Shown in pieces: positions 1 through 7,182 of a DNA stretch of 31,001 nt. Source of the stretch: a virus; IMG/VR virus record IMGVR_UViG_3300002483_000006; one strand, written 5' to 3'. Under the pieces are notes generated by a model. The model was given only the letters and a program-made list of their open reading frames with translations, made no database searches and was not told where the DNA came from. The position numbers and the translations under genes are program-made. Numbering within the stretch: the first letter of the stretch is position 1; each line of letters begins with the position of its first letter.

Positions 1-594
1 TATTTGCCAGTATTGTTCATCGGTTTCTTTAAGCCGTTCTATTTCTGTTATTATACTGGGGTCTAAAAACTTGTTGTCTAAATATGTGGTTTTGTAAAAT
101 TCAACATCTTCCCTATTTAGTACCTTGTCATATATCCAATGATATTCATCACTTGGGTTGTAATCTAATATTATTTTTTCTGTTGTTCTAAATATAAGCT
201 GCTGCCAATCTTCGTAGTCAAGTTCGTTAGCCTCATTAATAAATAAAAGGTCACGTTTGCGCCCCCTTATTTTTTGCGGCTGGTCTACGCTTATAAATTC
301 TATAAGGTTGCCACCTAAGTTGTATTCACTATTGCTTTTATTGTGGTGCGCTTCATCATATATATTATGCTGTTTTAATATATCAATAAAATCACGCATA
401 ACAGAACTGCGTACAGCTGGGAACGTTTTACGGCAAATGGTTACCGTTTTATCTACGTTTGTTTGGCAGTAGTGGAATATTAAATACAGGAGGATATTGT
501 AGGTCTTACCGCTACGTGTACCCCCCTGTTCTACTACTATCTTTTTTTGGCTGTCAAGTAAGTGCTCAAATACTACATTAACATCAACTGTCAC
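1..594 (-). CDS. terL: Terminase large subunit, N-terminal part only (duplicate of 29964..30557, cut by the window edge)
   Basis: Identical to the 5' part of the 29403..30557 ORF. Contains the Walker A motif GGTRSGKT. Confidence 0.85.
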   Translation of the reverse strand, partial: MTVDVNVVFEHLLDSQKKIVVEQGGTRSGKTYNILLYLIFHYCQTNVDKTVTICRKTFPAVRSSVMRDFIDILKQHNIYDEAHHNKSNSEYNLGGNLIEFISVDQPQKIRGRKRDLLFINEANELDYEDWQQLIFRTTEKIILDYNPSDEYHWIYDKVLNREDVEFYKTTYLDNKFLDPSIITEIERLKETDEQYWQI

Positions 595-938
595 CTATGT
601 ATTTTAATATTTATTTCCTTGTCTGTGGTGTCGTGCTTTATTTCACGCTTTGTACCGTTTAACCTATGCGCTTCATCATCATCTGCAATTAGCTTCATTA
701 GGCCTATTTGTAAAGTAGGGTTATCGCTTTCGTACCATTTGGCTCGCATATCTACTTTCATATTTATACGGTTTTTTGCCAGTTCGCTTTTTATAGCGTT
801 GCATTCTTGCAATTTGTGGTCATAAAACGCCCTTTTACTGAACCCAGTATAACCAAATATATCGCCTATAAAAACAAGGTTATGTTTTTTTATTACCTCT
901 AAACTTTGTTCCCTTAATTCTTCTGTATTGTATGCCAT
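591..938 (-). CDS. terS: Putative terminase small subunit (115 aa)
   Basis: Sits immediately upstream of terL, and its stop overlaps the terL GTG start (GTGA). Small, with an HTH-like N-terminal segment (LVFIGDIFGYTGFSKRAFYDH) and a basic C-terminus. The call rests on position and size. Confidence 0.55.
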   Translation of the reverse strand: MAYNTEELREQSLEVIKKHNLVFIGDIFGYTGFSKRAFYDHKLQECNAIKSELAKNRINMKVDMRAKWYESDNPTLQIGLMKLIADDDEAHRLNGTKREIKHDTTDKEINIKIHR

Positions 939-978
939 AGTATTATCTATATTTATATATAAACAATTTAGTAAATTT

Positions 979-1335
979 TTATTCGCTTATAATGGCTTCT
1001 ACTTTTTCTACTTGTTCTGGTGTAAGGTTTTGTATCTTATTTAGTATGTTTAGCTTAGTGTCGTTTAATAAGGACTCGTATATAAGTTCTAAGTCCCTAT
1101 TATAAAAGCTATGCTGCGGATACGTGTTTATACTATGTATGATGCTGGGGTGTGTTGTATTGTAGCCGTTCTTTTTATAGTCGTTTACTATTGCCATCAG
1201 CTTCATATTAAGTGCTTTGGTTAGGTAAGTGTTTACCATACTTCGCATTTCTATTACATCACGTCGGCGTGTTTGTTCAAATATGTTTACCCCTGTAATG
1301 TTTTGTACTGTGTTTGCTATTGTTTTAAGTTTCAT
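979..1335 (-). CDS. DnaA C-terminal (domain IV)-like helix-turn-helix DNA-binding protein, 118 aa
   Basis: The segment TRRRDVIEMRSMVNTYLTKALNMKLMAIVNDYKKNGYNTTHPSIIHSINTY follows the DnaA domain IV pattern (SRxRxVxxxRQxAMYLxKxLTxxSLxxIGxxFGxRDHTTVxH). No AAA+ domain is present. Confidence 0.5.
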   Translation of the reverse strand: MKLKTIANTVQNITGVNIFEQTRRRDVIEMRSMVNTYLTKALNMKLMAIVNDYKKNGYNTTHPSIIHSINTYPQHSFYNRDLELIYESLLNDTKLNILNKIQNLTPEQVEKVEAIISE

Positions 1336-1338
1336 AGT

Positions 1339-1509
1339 TTATACTATTGCGTTATCTAATTGTTCTATCATATGCCTTAACTCACTGCGTTCAAACTTTC
1401 CTGTTATTTCTGCGTTATAGGTTTTAAACGTTAAGTGATACATATCTTTGTCTGTGTCGTGTTTGCTTTCTTTTTTTCCAAGGTATTCAATTTTAATGTC
1501 AAATTTCAT
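1339..1509 (-). CDS. Hypothetical protein, 56 aa
   Basis: The track ORF begins at a TTG at 1560 that overlaps the upstream gene. The ATG at 1509 (MKFDIKIEYLGK...) lies just after the upstream stop at 1515. Confidence 0.55.
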   Translation of the reverse strand: MKFDIKIEYLGKKESKHDTDKDMYHLTFKTYNAEITGKFERSELRHMIEQLDNAIV

Positions 1510-1514
1510 AGTAT

Positions 1515-1880
1515 TTAGTTTAGTTTTAAAAATTCTGCGTTTGCGTGTTCTGTGAACCAATCTTTGTTTTCGTTATATTTGTCAACAACTGCGTCAATCA
1601 TTACAAGTTCGTCAATACTGGCTGTTTTAAGCTTGTTTACAAGCGTATCTATTTTTCTTAATACGTTTGTACACATTTCAGGGTTATTGGAATAAATAAG
1701 ATTAAAATCTGTTTTTACTATTCCCTCAAGTATTTTAGTTGTTCTGTTTACTTGTTGTTTAAGGTTTTGTTTGTATTGGTATGTTCCAACCAGTTCATCG
1801 TTTGCCTCTAATAACAACTGGCTTAATAACACCACCTTTAAATAATTTAGGTGTTTGTTGTTTATTTGTTCTGGTTTCAT
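1515..1880 (-). CDS. Hypothetical helical protein, 121 aa
   Basis: ATG start overlaps the upstream stop (TAATG). In register with the minus-strand gene array. Confidence 0.6.
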   Translation of the reverse strand: MKPEQINNKHLNYLKVVLLSQLLLEANDELVGTYQYKQNLKQQVNRTTKILEGIVKTDFNLIYSNNPEMCTNVLRKIDTLVNKLKTASIDELVMIDAVVDKYNENKDWFTEHANAEFLKLN

Positions 1881-2620
1881 TAAAATAAAGTTGTTTGTTT
1901 ACTGGTTAATATTTTGTAACTGTTTTTATTTAGTAGTATTTCGTTTGGTCGTTTAGTGTTTAGCTTTATACATTCGCCCCACTTGTTTATCAAGTATTTT
2001 ATTGTTTGCTGTTCTAACTGCTCTGTTCTGTAGCTTACCGCACCGCCTTTATTCCCATACCTTTTAAAGTTAAATAAATACTTGTGATACCGTATGCAGC
2101 CAGCTTTTTTAATATGCTGCAAAGTGTAATCATAATCTTCCTTTAATTTTAATGTTTTATCAAACCTTATTTCATTGGGTTTTGTAATTGTAAAGGGTGC
2201 AGTAATTAATATATTTTCTTGACTTGGTTTTGTTGCAAAAAATGGGTTTTCTGTTGGGGGCGCACCAGCAAAAAAATAATCTGTTTCTAAAAATTGTTTT
2301 AAAATGCCGTCAATTGCTTGCTTTACAGTCACGTATTTTTTTGTCCTTTTTCCTGTAAAATCATTTACACTTACATTAATTAAGTCATCATCTATTTGTA
2401 CGCATATTTTATTTTTATTAAAACAATAATCAAGCGCAGCGTTTCTGTTACCTACCAAACTGCCGCCTAAAATAACATTTTTTGCGCCGTTTTTAATATA
2501 TAGGTTTTTATCAATTTCATCATTAACAACAAAAACAATATCTTCCGTTCCAGTTGTTTCATATATTTGCTTTATATTTTCTGGCCTTCTGTGGCTGATG
2601 CAAGTTATAATATATTCCAT
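1880..2620 (-). CDS. GT-A fold glycosyltransferase-like protein, 246 aa (candidate DNA base glycosyltransferase)
   Basis: An N-terminal Rossmann-like strand (YIITCISHRRPENI) is followed by VFVVND, GNRNAALDY and then a DxD-type motif after a beta strand (ICVQIDDDL). Lies in the same tight operon as the TET/JBP-like gene. Confidence 0.5.
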   Translation of the reverse strand: MEYIITCISHRRPENIKQIYETTGTEDIVFVVNDEIDKNLYIKNGAKNVILGGSLVGNRNAALDYCFNKNKICVQIDDDLINVSVNDFTGKRTKKYVTVKQAIDGILKQFLETDYFFAGAPPTENPFFATKPSQENILITAPFTITKPNEIRFDKTLKLKEDYDYTLQHIKKAGCIRYHKYLFNFKRYGNKGGAVSYRTEQLEQQTIKYLINKWGECIKLNTKRPNEILLNKNSYKILTSKQTTLF

Positions 2621-2621
2621 A

Positions 2622-3077
2622 CTAAAACAATTTAGTTTGATTAGTTACTTTTTCAATACAGAATTTATCTGCCATTGCTTTACTTAATAAAAATCCTCTT
2701 TCTGTGCCACCTTTGGCAGTTTTAAAACCGTTGTAAAGCTTTGGTTTATTTCCGTGGTATATTTGCCGCAGCTGTTTGGTGCTAAATATATAAAAGCAAT
2801 CTTTATCGCCAATTACATAAAGCCAGCTTTGATCTTTAAATATACCGCTGGGGTGTGTTACATATTCATATTCACGTTCAACACTTATAAAAAGGTTGCC
2901 AGTTTTTTTAAACATTTGGTCGTTCTTTATTTCTACGCCCTGTCTGTTTTCACCTTTAAGGTACTGTTCTTCTTTTGTGGTGTAATGGCTGAGGTTAATG
3001 TTTTTTTCTGTTGTGAACCAGTCGTAAACGAATGACTCAAACTTGAGGCCGTTGCTTTGCTTAATTGTTGTTTCCAT
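2622..3077 (-). CDS. Hypothetical protein, 151 aa, possible PD-(D/E)xK nuclease fold
   Basis: GLKFESFVYDWF followed by GVEIKND (an ExK-like motif) and further acidic strands (ISVEREYE). Located between the dioxygenase and the glycosyltransferase. The fold call is weak. Confidence 0.35.
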   Translation of the reverse strand: METTIKQSNGLKFESFVYDWFTTEKNINLSHYTTKEEQYLKGENRQGVEIKNDQMFKKTGNLFISVEREYEYVTHPSGIFKDQSWLYVIGDKDCFYIFSTKQLRQIYHGNKPKLYNGFKTAKGGTERGFLLSKAMADKFCIEKVTNQTKLF

Positions 3078-3078
3078 T

Positions 3079-3258
3079 TTATTTAAAGGTTTTTAATTTT
3101 TCAATATAAATAATCGCATCTAATAGTTCTTCTTGTAAGTGGTTTAACCAGTCTGCTTTGTTAAGGTCTTGGCGTTCCATAGTTACGCCGTATTTACTTT
3201 TGCCTATGGCTGCACGTTGGTTAATTTTATCTATTACTTGTTGTTCTATTTTGCTCAT
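3079..3258 (-). CDS. Small ORF missing from the supplied track, 59 aa, with a MazG / dNTP-pyrophosphohydrolase-like helical motif
   Basis: Hand translation: MSKIEQQVIDKINQRAAIGKSKYGVTMERQDLNKADWLNHLQEELLDAIIYIEKLKTFK. ATGA overlap with the upstream stop, and it fills the 3078..3254 gap exactly. The KYG...W...LxEExxD pattern resembles the N-terminal helices of MazG-like enzymes. Confidence 0.45.
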   Translation of the reverse strand: MSKIEQQVIDKINQRAAIGKSKYGVTMERQDLNKADWLNHLQEELLDAIIYIEKLKTFK

Positions 3259-4124
3259 AATGTTAGGTATCCTGTTTTATCCATTTTTGTTTTATGCAGT
3301 TCTTCGCTGGGGCTTTTACATTTAATCATATTTTCCCTGTAATACATTACAAAACTAATACGCAGCCAATCATCACTGCAATTTGTGAACTCTGTATTGG
3401 CGTGCCATTTGTGTACATCTGCAAATAATACGTCTGTATTATGTAGGTCTACAGCTATGGCATATTCTGGCATAACAAAAAAGCCGCCGTCGTAATGCCC
3501 CTCACGATATACAATAAGGTTGCCAAACCCCTCACTAAAATCGCCAGCATCTTGATGGCAAGCCGTACGGAAGTTCTTGTTTACCGTTACAGTTGTAAAA
3601 CTTGTATCGCCTATAACGTAGTTTCTGTTCGTACCGTCTGCAATAGCTTTTTGTTTTGCGTAATGTTCTGGGCAAAGTTCCGCATATTTTTTATCAATAA
3701 ATTCTACAAACGGAATACCAGCTGTAAACTTGTCAAAGTAGTTACGTGCAAAGGCAGTTTTGCGGCAATACTTAACCATCGCACCGCTGTCCATAAAACC
3801 AACGTTGCCAGACTCTACCTTATTCCCTACCGTAATGTTACTAACTGAACCGTCCTTGCGTATGCGCTTGTGACTGCTGCCACTTGCTGCACCCCTACTT
3901 TCTGTAAGTTCTATAGAACCCTTAAAGGCATCAACACCGCTTTTTAATATATCGTAAGGTATTGCGTTTTTACGGAACCTGAACAATAGGTTTCCATAAT
4001 TATCGTAAGCATCGCAGTCCTCTGTTATAAGCTGGTTATAATGTTTATCAGTAAGGAACTTTGTTTTAAGTTTGGCAGCTTGCTTTTTTGTTAAAACCCT
4101 TTTGGCTGTTATTGTTTTAATCAT
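3255..4124 (-). CDS. TET/JBP-family 2-oxoglutarate/Fe(II)-dependent nucleic-acid base dioxygenase, 289 aa
   Basis: FTTVTVNKNFRTACHQDAGD carries an HxD iron triad (H190, D192). VHKWHANT supplies the distal His. WLRISFVMYYRE places an Arg 14 residues after that His. Compare human TET2 [20 protein letters not shown] and H...RISLVFYQHK. Confidence 0.7.
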   Translation of the reverse strand: MIKTITAKRVLTKKQAAKLKTKFLTDKHYNQLITEDCDAYDNYGNLLFRFRKNAIPYDILKSGVDAFKGSIELTESRGAASGSSHKRIRKDGSVSNITVGNKVESGNVGFMDSGAMVKYCRKTAFARNYFDKFTAGIPFVEFIDKKYAELCPEHYAKQKAIADGTNRNYVIGDTSFTTVTVNKNFRTACHQDAGDFSEGFGNLIVYREGHYDGGFFVMPEYAIAVDLHNTDVLFADVHKWHANTEFTNCSDDWLRISFVMYYRENMIKCKSPSEELHKTKMDKTGYLTL

Positions 4125-4329
4125 AGTTACGTTTTAATAGCATTAATAAAAAATCACTTAAGTTGCCTTTTTGCTGGTATGCCTCGCCAAACTCTTGTTG
4201 GATACCTTTTTTACATAGGGTTTTAAATTGCTTTAATTCCTGTCTGCTAAAATATAATATTGTAGTAGTTATTTCAACATCTTCTATTGGCGAATTATCT
4301 ACGCCCCAGTTGTCATCAAATAGTTTCAT
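4117..4329 (-). CDS. Hypothetical protein, 70 aa (possibly ribbon-helix-helix-like)
   Basis: The ATG at 4329 forms an ATGA overlap with the upstream stop. The track start at 4347 is a TTG. ILYFSRQELKQFKTLCKK ... LSDFLLMLLK has a strand-helix-helix look. Confidence 0.5.
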   Translation of the reverse strand: MKLFDDNWGVDNSPIEDVEITTTILYFSRQELKQFKTLCKKGIQQEFGEAYQQKGNLSDFLLMLLKRNYD

Positions 4330-5099
4330 AGTGTACCGCTTAAACAATAGTTATCAATATCAGCACCAGCAACAAAAAACTTGTCGTATAAGTCAATGGC
4401 CTTTTGTACCTTTTCTTCGCCAGCATAATAAAACTCCTCGCTACAATCCCAGATGCCAATATCTAAACTGCCTTTGTCAAGTACAAGGAATTTAAAATCT
4501 TGGTAACTTTTGCCAAACAAATTACAATACAAATAGCATTGAATATCGTAGCCGTACTTTTTGGCAGCATAATGGAACCCCTTTATATCGCTGGTGGTTT
4601 TAAGATCTACTATTCTGTCGCTTGCAAGTACATCGGCCTTTCCTCTAAAGGGTTTGCCCATAACTTCGCCAATGGCAGGAACTTCAAAATTACAGTTGGT
4701 TATTAACTGCAAGGCGTGTTCATTGCGGTAAAACGCATCTGCAAGCCGCTCAGCGTCGCTTTTTTCTTTGGCGGTGAATACCCTACCCAGTTCGGTTTTA
4801 GCTTCCTTAAACTTCTTTGTATTCTTGCTTTGCACGTCAATAAAGGTTTGCGCTGCAAACACATCGGGCTCAAGTATGGCGGTATGGAATAACCAGCCAT
4901 CGCGTAGGGCTTGACTTTCAGCACTACCGTACTCCTTTACAAATTTGTACGTTTTAGGGCTGGCCAGCAAAGTTTTTAAACTGCTGCTGCTTAATGCCAA
5001 TTTATCAAGCTCTCCGTAGTAAAAGTCATCGTTTTGCATTTTTTTAAGTAATGCTGCGGTGTCGTATATTTTACCGTCTAATAATTTAATTGTAGCCAT
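4326..5099 (-). CDS. PD-(D/E)xK exonuclease (RecE / Exo VIII-like, RecB/Cas4-type nuclease domain), 257 aa
   Basis: GKADVLASDRIVDLKTT gives the D...(D/E)xK motif, followed by a QxxxY motif (YDIQCYLY). The ATG at 5099 lies one nt after the upstream stop. The track start at 5114 is a TTG. Confidence 0.7.
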   Translation of the reverse strand: MATIKLLDGKIYDTAALLKKMQNDDFYYGELDKLALSSSSLKTLLASPKTYKFVKEYGSAESQALRDGWLFHTAILEPDVFAAQTFIDVQSKNTKKFKEAKTELGRVFTAKEKSDAERLADAFYRNEHALQLITNCNFEVPAIGEVMGKPFRGKADVLASDRIVDLKTTSDIKGFHYAAKKYGYDIQCYLYCNLFGKSYQDFKFLVLDKGSLDIGIWDCSEEFYYAGEEKVQKAIDLYDKFFVAGADIDNYCLSGTL

Positions 5100-5100
5100 A

Positions 5101-5298
5101 TTATATTTTTTCAAGTATTATGTATTCTAAATCGTGTAATTGGTCTGGGCTTAATAAATTATAAATATCGTAGCCACCAACTTCAACACTTTCTATTTCT
5201 ACCTCATCAGGCGAGCCAGGATAAGCAAAGGTTTGTTCTTCGCCTTTATAAAATTCGTATGCCACCTCCATAGGTATTTCGCAATAATTTATTTTCAT
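5101..5298 (-). CDS. Hypothetical acidic protein, 65 aa
   Basis: ATG start, 4-nt overlap with the upstream gene, in the gene array. Confidence 0.55.
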   Translation of the reverse strand: MKINYCEIPMEVAYEFYKGEEQTFAYPGSPDEVEIESVEVGGYDIYNLLSPDQLHDLEYIILEKI

Positions 5299-5570
5299 AA
5301 TTCGTATTGTTTTAGTTTGTTTTCAAGTTCTTGTATTTGTTCTTTTAAATCGTTTATGGTTTTGTTTTTTTGCTCACGTGTTAAGTGATACCGCTTTGTT
5401 ACTATATCTATTTCAGTTTGTAGGGTGTTTGTAAACATACCTATTTCTGTAAGTGCTTTAATGCAGTTACGTAAATCTTTGTTAAGCGGTTTGGCTTCAT
5501 TCCATTCGTTTATTTTGTCGGCCAGCCAAGTGAACCATAAATTATAGGCCTGTCGTTGCAGTAAATCCAT
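5295..5570 (-). CDS. Hypothetical coiled-coil protein, 91 aa
   Basis: ATG start overlaps the upstream stop. C-terminal heptad-like segment KEQIQELENKLKQYEL. Confidence 0.55.
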   Translation of the reverse strand: MDLLQRQAYNLWFTWLADKINEWNEAKPLNKDLRNCIKALTEIGMFTNTLQTEIDIVTKRYHLTREQKNKTINDLKEQIQELENKLKQYEL

Positions 5571-5758
5571 TAGCTTGCGTTACCTAAAATAAAGCCAATT
5601 AAAAACGTTAAAGCTGCAAATGTAATTATAGCAGCATTAATAATAAACTGCCTTGCTTTTTGCTGTTGTTCTTTTTGTTTTTGTAGTTCAGCTTTAGTGT
5701 AAACCTCAATCCTGTTTTTGCGTGTTTGGATATGTAATCCTGTTTTTGTCTTTTTCAT
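5570..5758 (-). CDS. Small tail-anchored membrane protein, 62 aa
   Basis: A basic N-terminus is followed by one hydrophobic helix (FIINAAIITFAALTFLIGFILG). Confidence 0.55.
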   Translation of the reverse strand: MKKTKTGLHIQTRKNRIEVYTKAELQKQKEQQQKARQFIINAAIITFAALTFLIGFILGNAS

Positions 5759-5759
5759 A

Positions 5760-5915
5760 TTACATCATATTATAAATTATACTTCTAACCATTTCTTGTC
5801 TTTTAAGTAAACTGTTTACTGTTTCCTTTGGTAAATTATTGTACATTAAGTTTAGCTGTAAGCTGCGCTCAATATCTGTTAGTTCCTTTTTTAAGTCTGT
5901 TAATTGTGTTCTCAT
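5760..5915 (-). CDS. Hypothetical protein, 51 aa
   Basis: The track ORF starts at a GTG at 5990 that overlaps the upstream gene by 74 nt. The ATG at 5915 (MRTQLTDLKK...) lies one nt after the upstream stop. Confidence 0.5.
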   Translation of the reverse strand: MRTQLTDLKKELTDIERSLQLNLMYNNLPKETVNSLLKRQEMVRSIIYNMM

Positions 5916-5916
5916 A

Positions 5917-6204
5917 TTATGTGTTATAAATTGCTTTACTGTGTTGTAATACTTGTATTTTTTCTGCGAGTGTACCTTGCAGCTTTCCACAAACTGGAAT
6001 ACATTCTGTTGTTACAACTGTGCCAGCTTTAAGCTTTTTCTTGTTGTACACAAAATCTTCAGTTAGTGTTACTTCTGTACGGCCACCATAACCCAACACA
6101 TCACGGTCTGGCGTTGGTGTTGGTATGCAACCATAATACTTACCTTGATAATAGATATCAATATGGTAACCTTTTATTTCAAATACTGGTTTAATTGCTT
6201 TCAT
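5917..6204 (-). CDS. Hypothetical protein, 95 aa
   Basis: ATG start, in the gene array, no recognisable motif. Confidence 0.55.
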   Translation of the reverse strand: MKAIKPVFEIKGYHIDIYYQGKYYGCIPTPTPDRDVLGYGGRTEVTLTEDFVYNKKKLKAGTVVTTECIPVCGKLQGTLAEKIQVLQHSKAIYNT

Positions 6205-6206
6205 AA

Positions 6207-6350
6207 TTATCTACTTTTAATTTCTTTAATAACCATCTTTAATACTTGGTTATTAAATTTGTTAGGGTTTGATTGCAAATTATAGTAATGATCCCATAAA
6301 TCTTTCTTTTCCCAGTTTTTGAAAATGTTTTGTGAAATAATTGCTTTCAT
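6207..6350 (-). CDS. Small ORF missing from the supplied track, 47 aa, hypothetical
   Basis: Hand translation: MKAIISQNIFKNWEKKDLWDHYYNLQSNPNKFNNQVLKMVIKEIKSR. Fills the 6205..6350 gap. It is the first ORF downstream of the conserved promoter-like block. Confidence 0.4.
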   Translation of the reverse strand: MKAIISQNIFKNWEKKDLWDHYYNLQSNPNKFNNQVLKMVIKEIKSR

Positions 6351-6361
6351 AATAATTGTTT

Positions 6362-6394
6362 TTGTTTTATAGTACGAATATACAACTTATTTAC
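6362..6394 (-). promoter_or_regulatory. Conserved 33-nt promoter-like block, copy A
   Basis: Minus strand reads GTAAATAAGTTGTATATTCGTACTATAAAACAA. It matches 26 of 33 positions of the block at 29319..29351. A further shared element, AAAAAAAATTGTAAA, lies upstream in both regions. Confidence 0.4.
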
Positions 6395-6435
6395 TTATTT
6401 ACAAAATATTTACAATTTTTTTTTTAATTTTTTTT

Positions 6436-6852
6436 CTACTCCTTCGTAAATTCACTTAAATTAATTATTGAAGCTTTTTGTTCTGGTATTAAATAACAGG
6501 GCTTTTTTACCTTTTTTTTAGTCCATAGCGTAGTATCTGGGCAATACATTTCAACTTCCTTTAGGTCTTTTAACGTGTTAAGCCAAAACAAATAATTTCC
6601 CTTTGGGTCATTAACAAAATACAGGGCTGTTTTGCCAGTTGCTATGAGTTTGTCATACTTGTATTTTTCAAGCATTTTATCTTCATAGTACGTTTTGCGG
6701 AACTTCATTTCAATAACCACATCAACACCCTTTGGGCTTTTGCCTATCGCGTCATAGTGTTCGTAACCTTTGCCAGTCCATTCCAGCTGCCAGCCGTCTA
6801 AATTTAGTAAGTGAATAACTGCTTGTTCCCATTTGTGTACATTTTTAATCAT
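6436..6852 (-). CDS. PD-(D/E)xK nuclease-fold protein, 138 aa (resolvase- or restriction-endonuclease-like)
   Basis: EQAVIHLLNLDGWQ, then YDAIG, then VVIEMKFR, giving an E...D...ExK arrangement. Confidence 0.45.
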   Translation of the reverse strand: MIKNVHKWEQAVIHLLNLDGWQLEWTGKGYEHYDAIGKSPKGVDVVIEMKFRKTYYEDKMLEKYKYDKLIATGKTALYFVNDPKGNYLFWLNTLKDLKEVEMYCPDTTLWTKKKVKKPCYLIPEQKASIINLSEFTKE

Positions 6853-7042
6853 TTTGGTATATTAATTCAATATCAGCTATCCATCGTTTTATTTGCTTTG
6901 GGTTGCAGCTGCAAGGCTCAATATATTTGTGTTCCATATATTTTGCGTGGAGTCTGCAAATTAGCTTAAATTGTGGTTGAGTAACTTTGTTGGTTGCCTC
7001 TGCCTTGTATTGTTTCCATAATAATTTGTCTACTTGTTCCAT
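6845..7042 (-). CDS. Hypothetical protein, 65 aa
   Basis: ATG start, 8-nt overlap with the downstream gene, CxC motif (EPCSCNP). Confidence 0.5.
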   Translation of the reverse strand: MEQVDKLLWKQYKAEATNKVTQPQFKLICRLHAKYMEHKYIEPCSCNPKQIKRWIADIELIYQND

Positions 7043-7182
7043 AGGTCAATATCTATATCGTTCCATTCTTCACGTCGTTGGTCGCAACCGCAATCCTTTC
7101 CTATTGCTTTGCTTACCTTTTTAACCAGCCAATGTATGCCAGTATAATAAGTAAAATAATAAACTAAATCACCGAGTTTCAT
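7030..7182 (-). CDS. Small ORF missing from the supplied track, 50 aa, hypothetical
   Basis: Hand translation: MKLGDLVYYFTYYTGIHWLVKKVSKAIGKDCGCDQRREEWNDIDIDLWNK. ATGA overlap with the sigma-factor stop. Fills the 7043..7178 gap. Confidence 0.45.
   Translation of the reverse strand: MKLGDLVYYFTYYTGIHWLVKKVSKAIGKDCGCDQRREEWNDIDIDLWNK

Larger units (their letters stand above)
1..1038. repeat. Wrap-around copy of 29964..31001 (circular or circularly permuted genome, unit length 29,963 bp)
   Basis: Sequence and ORF track repeat with a constant offset of 29963 (257->30220, 591->30554). Both ends were compared by eye. The left boundary is the window edge, inside terL. Confidence 0.95.

Noticed and set aside
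1-1038. Reading the identical ends as a true direct terminal repeat, or as a duplicated terS/terL locus
   Set aside because: The repeat boundary coincides with the window edge and cuts terL in mid-gene. This is expected from wrapping a circular contig and is not a biological repeat boundary.
5100-5114. N-terminal extensions in the ORF track that begin at TTG or GTG, with track starts at 5114, 11250, 1560, 5990, 4347 and 10880
   Set aside because: In each case an in-frame ATG lies immediately after, or overlapping, the upstream stop. The extension would create a long overlap with the preceding gene, so the ATG starts were used. GTG was kept only for terL (30557) and the sigma factor (7670), where no nearby ATG exists and the GTGA overlap fits the coupling pattern.
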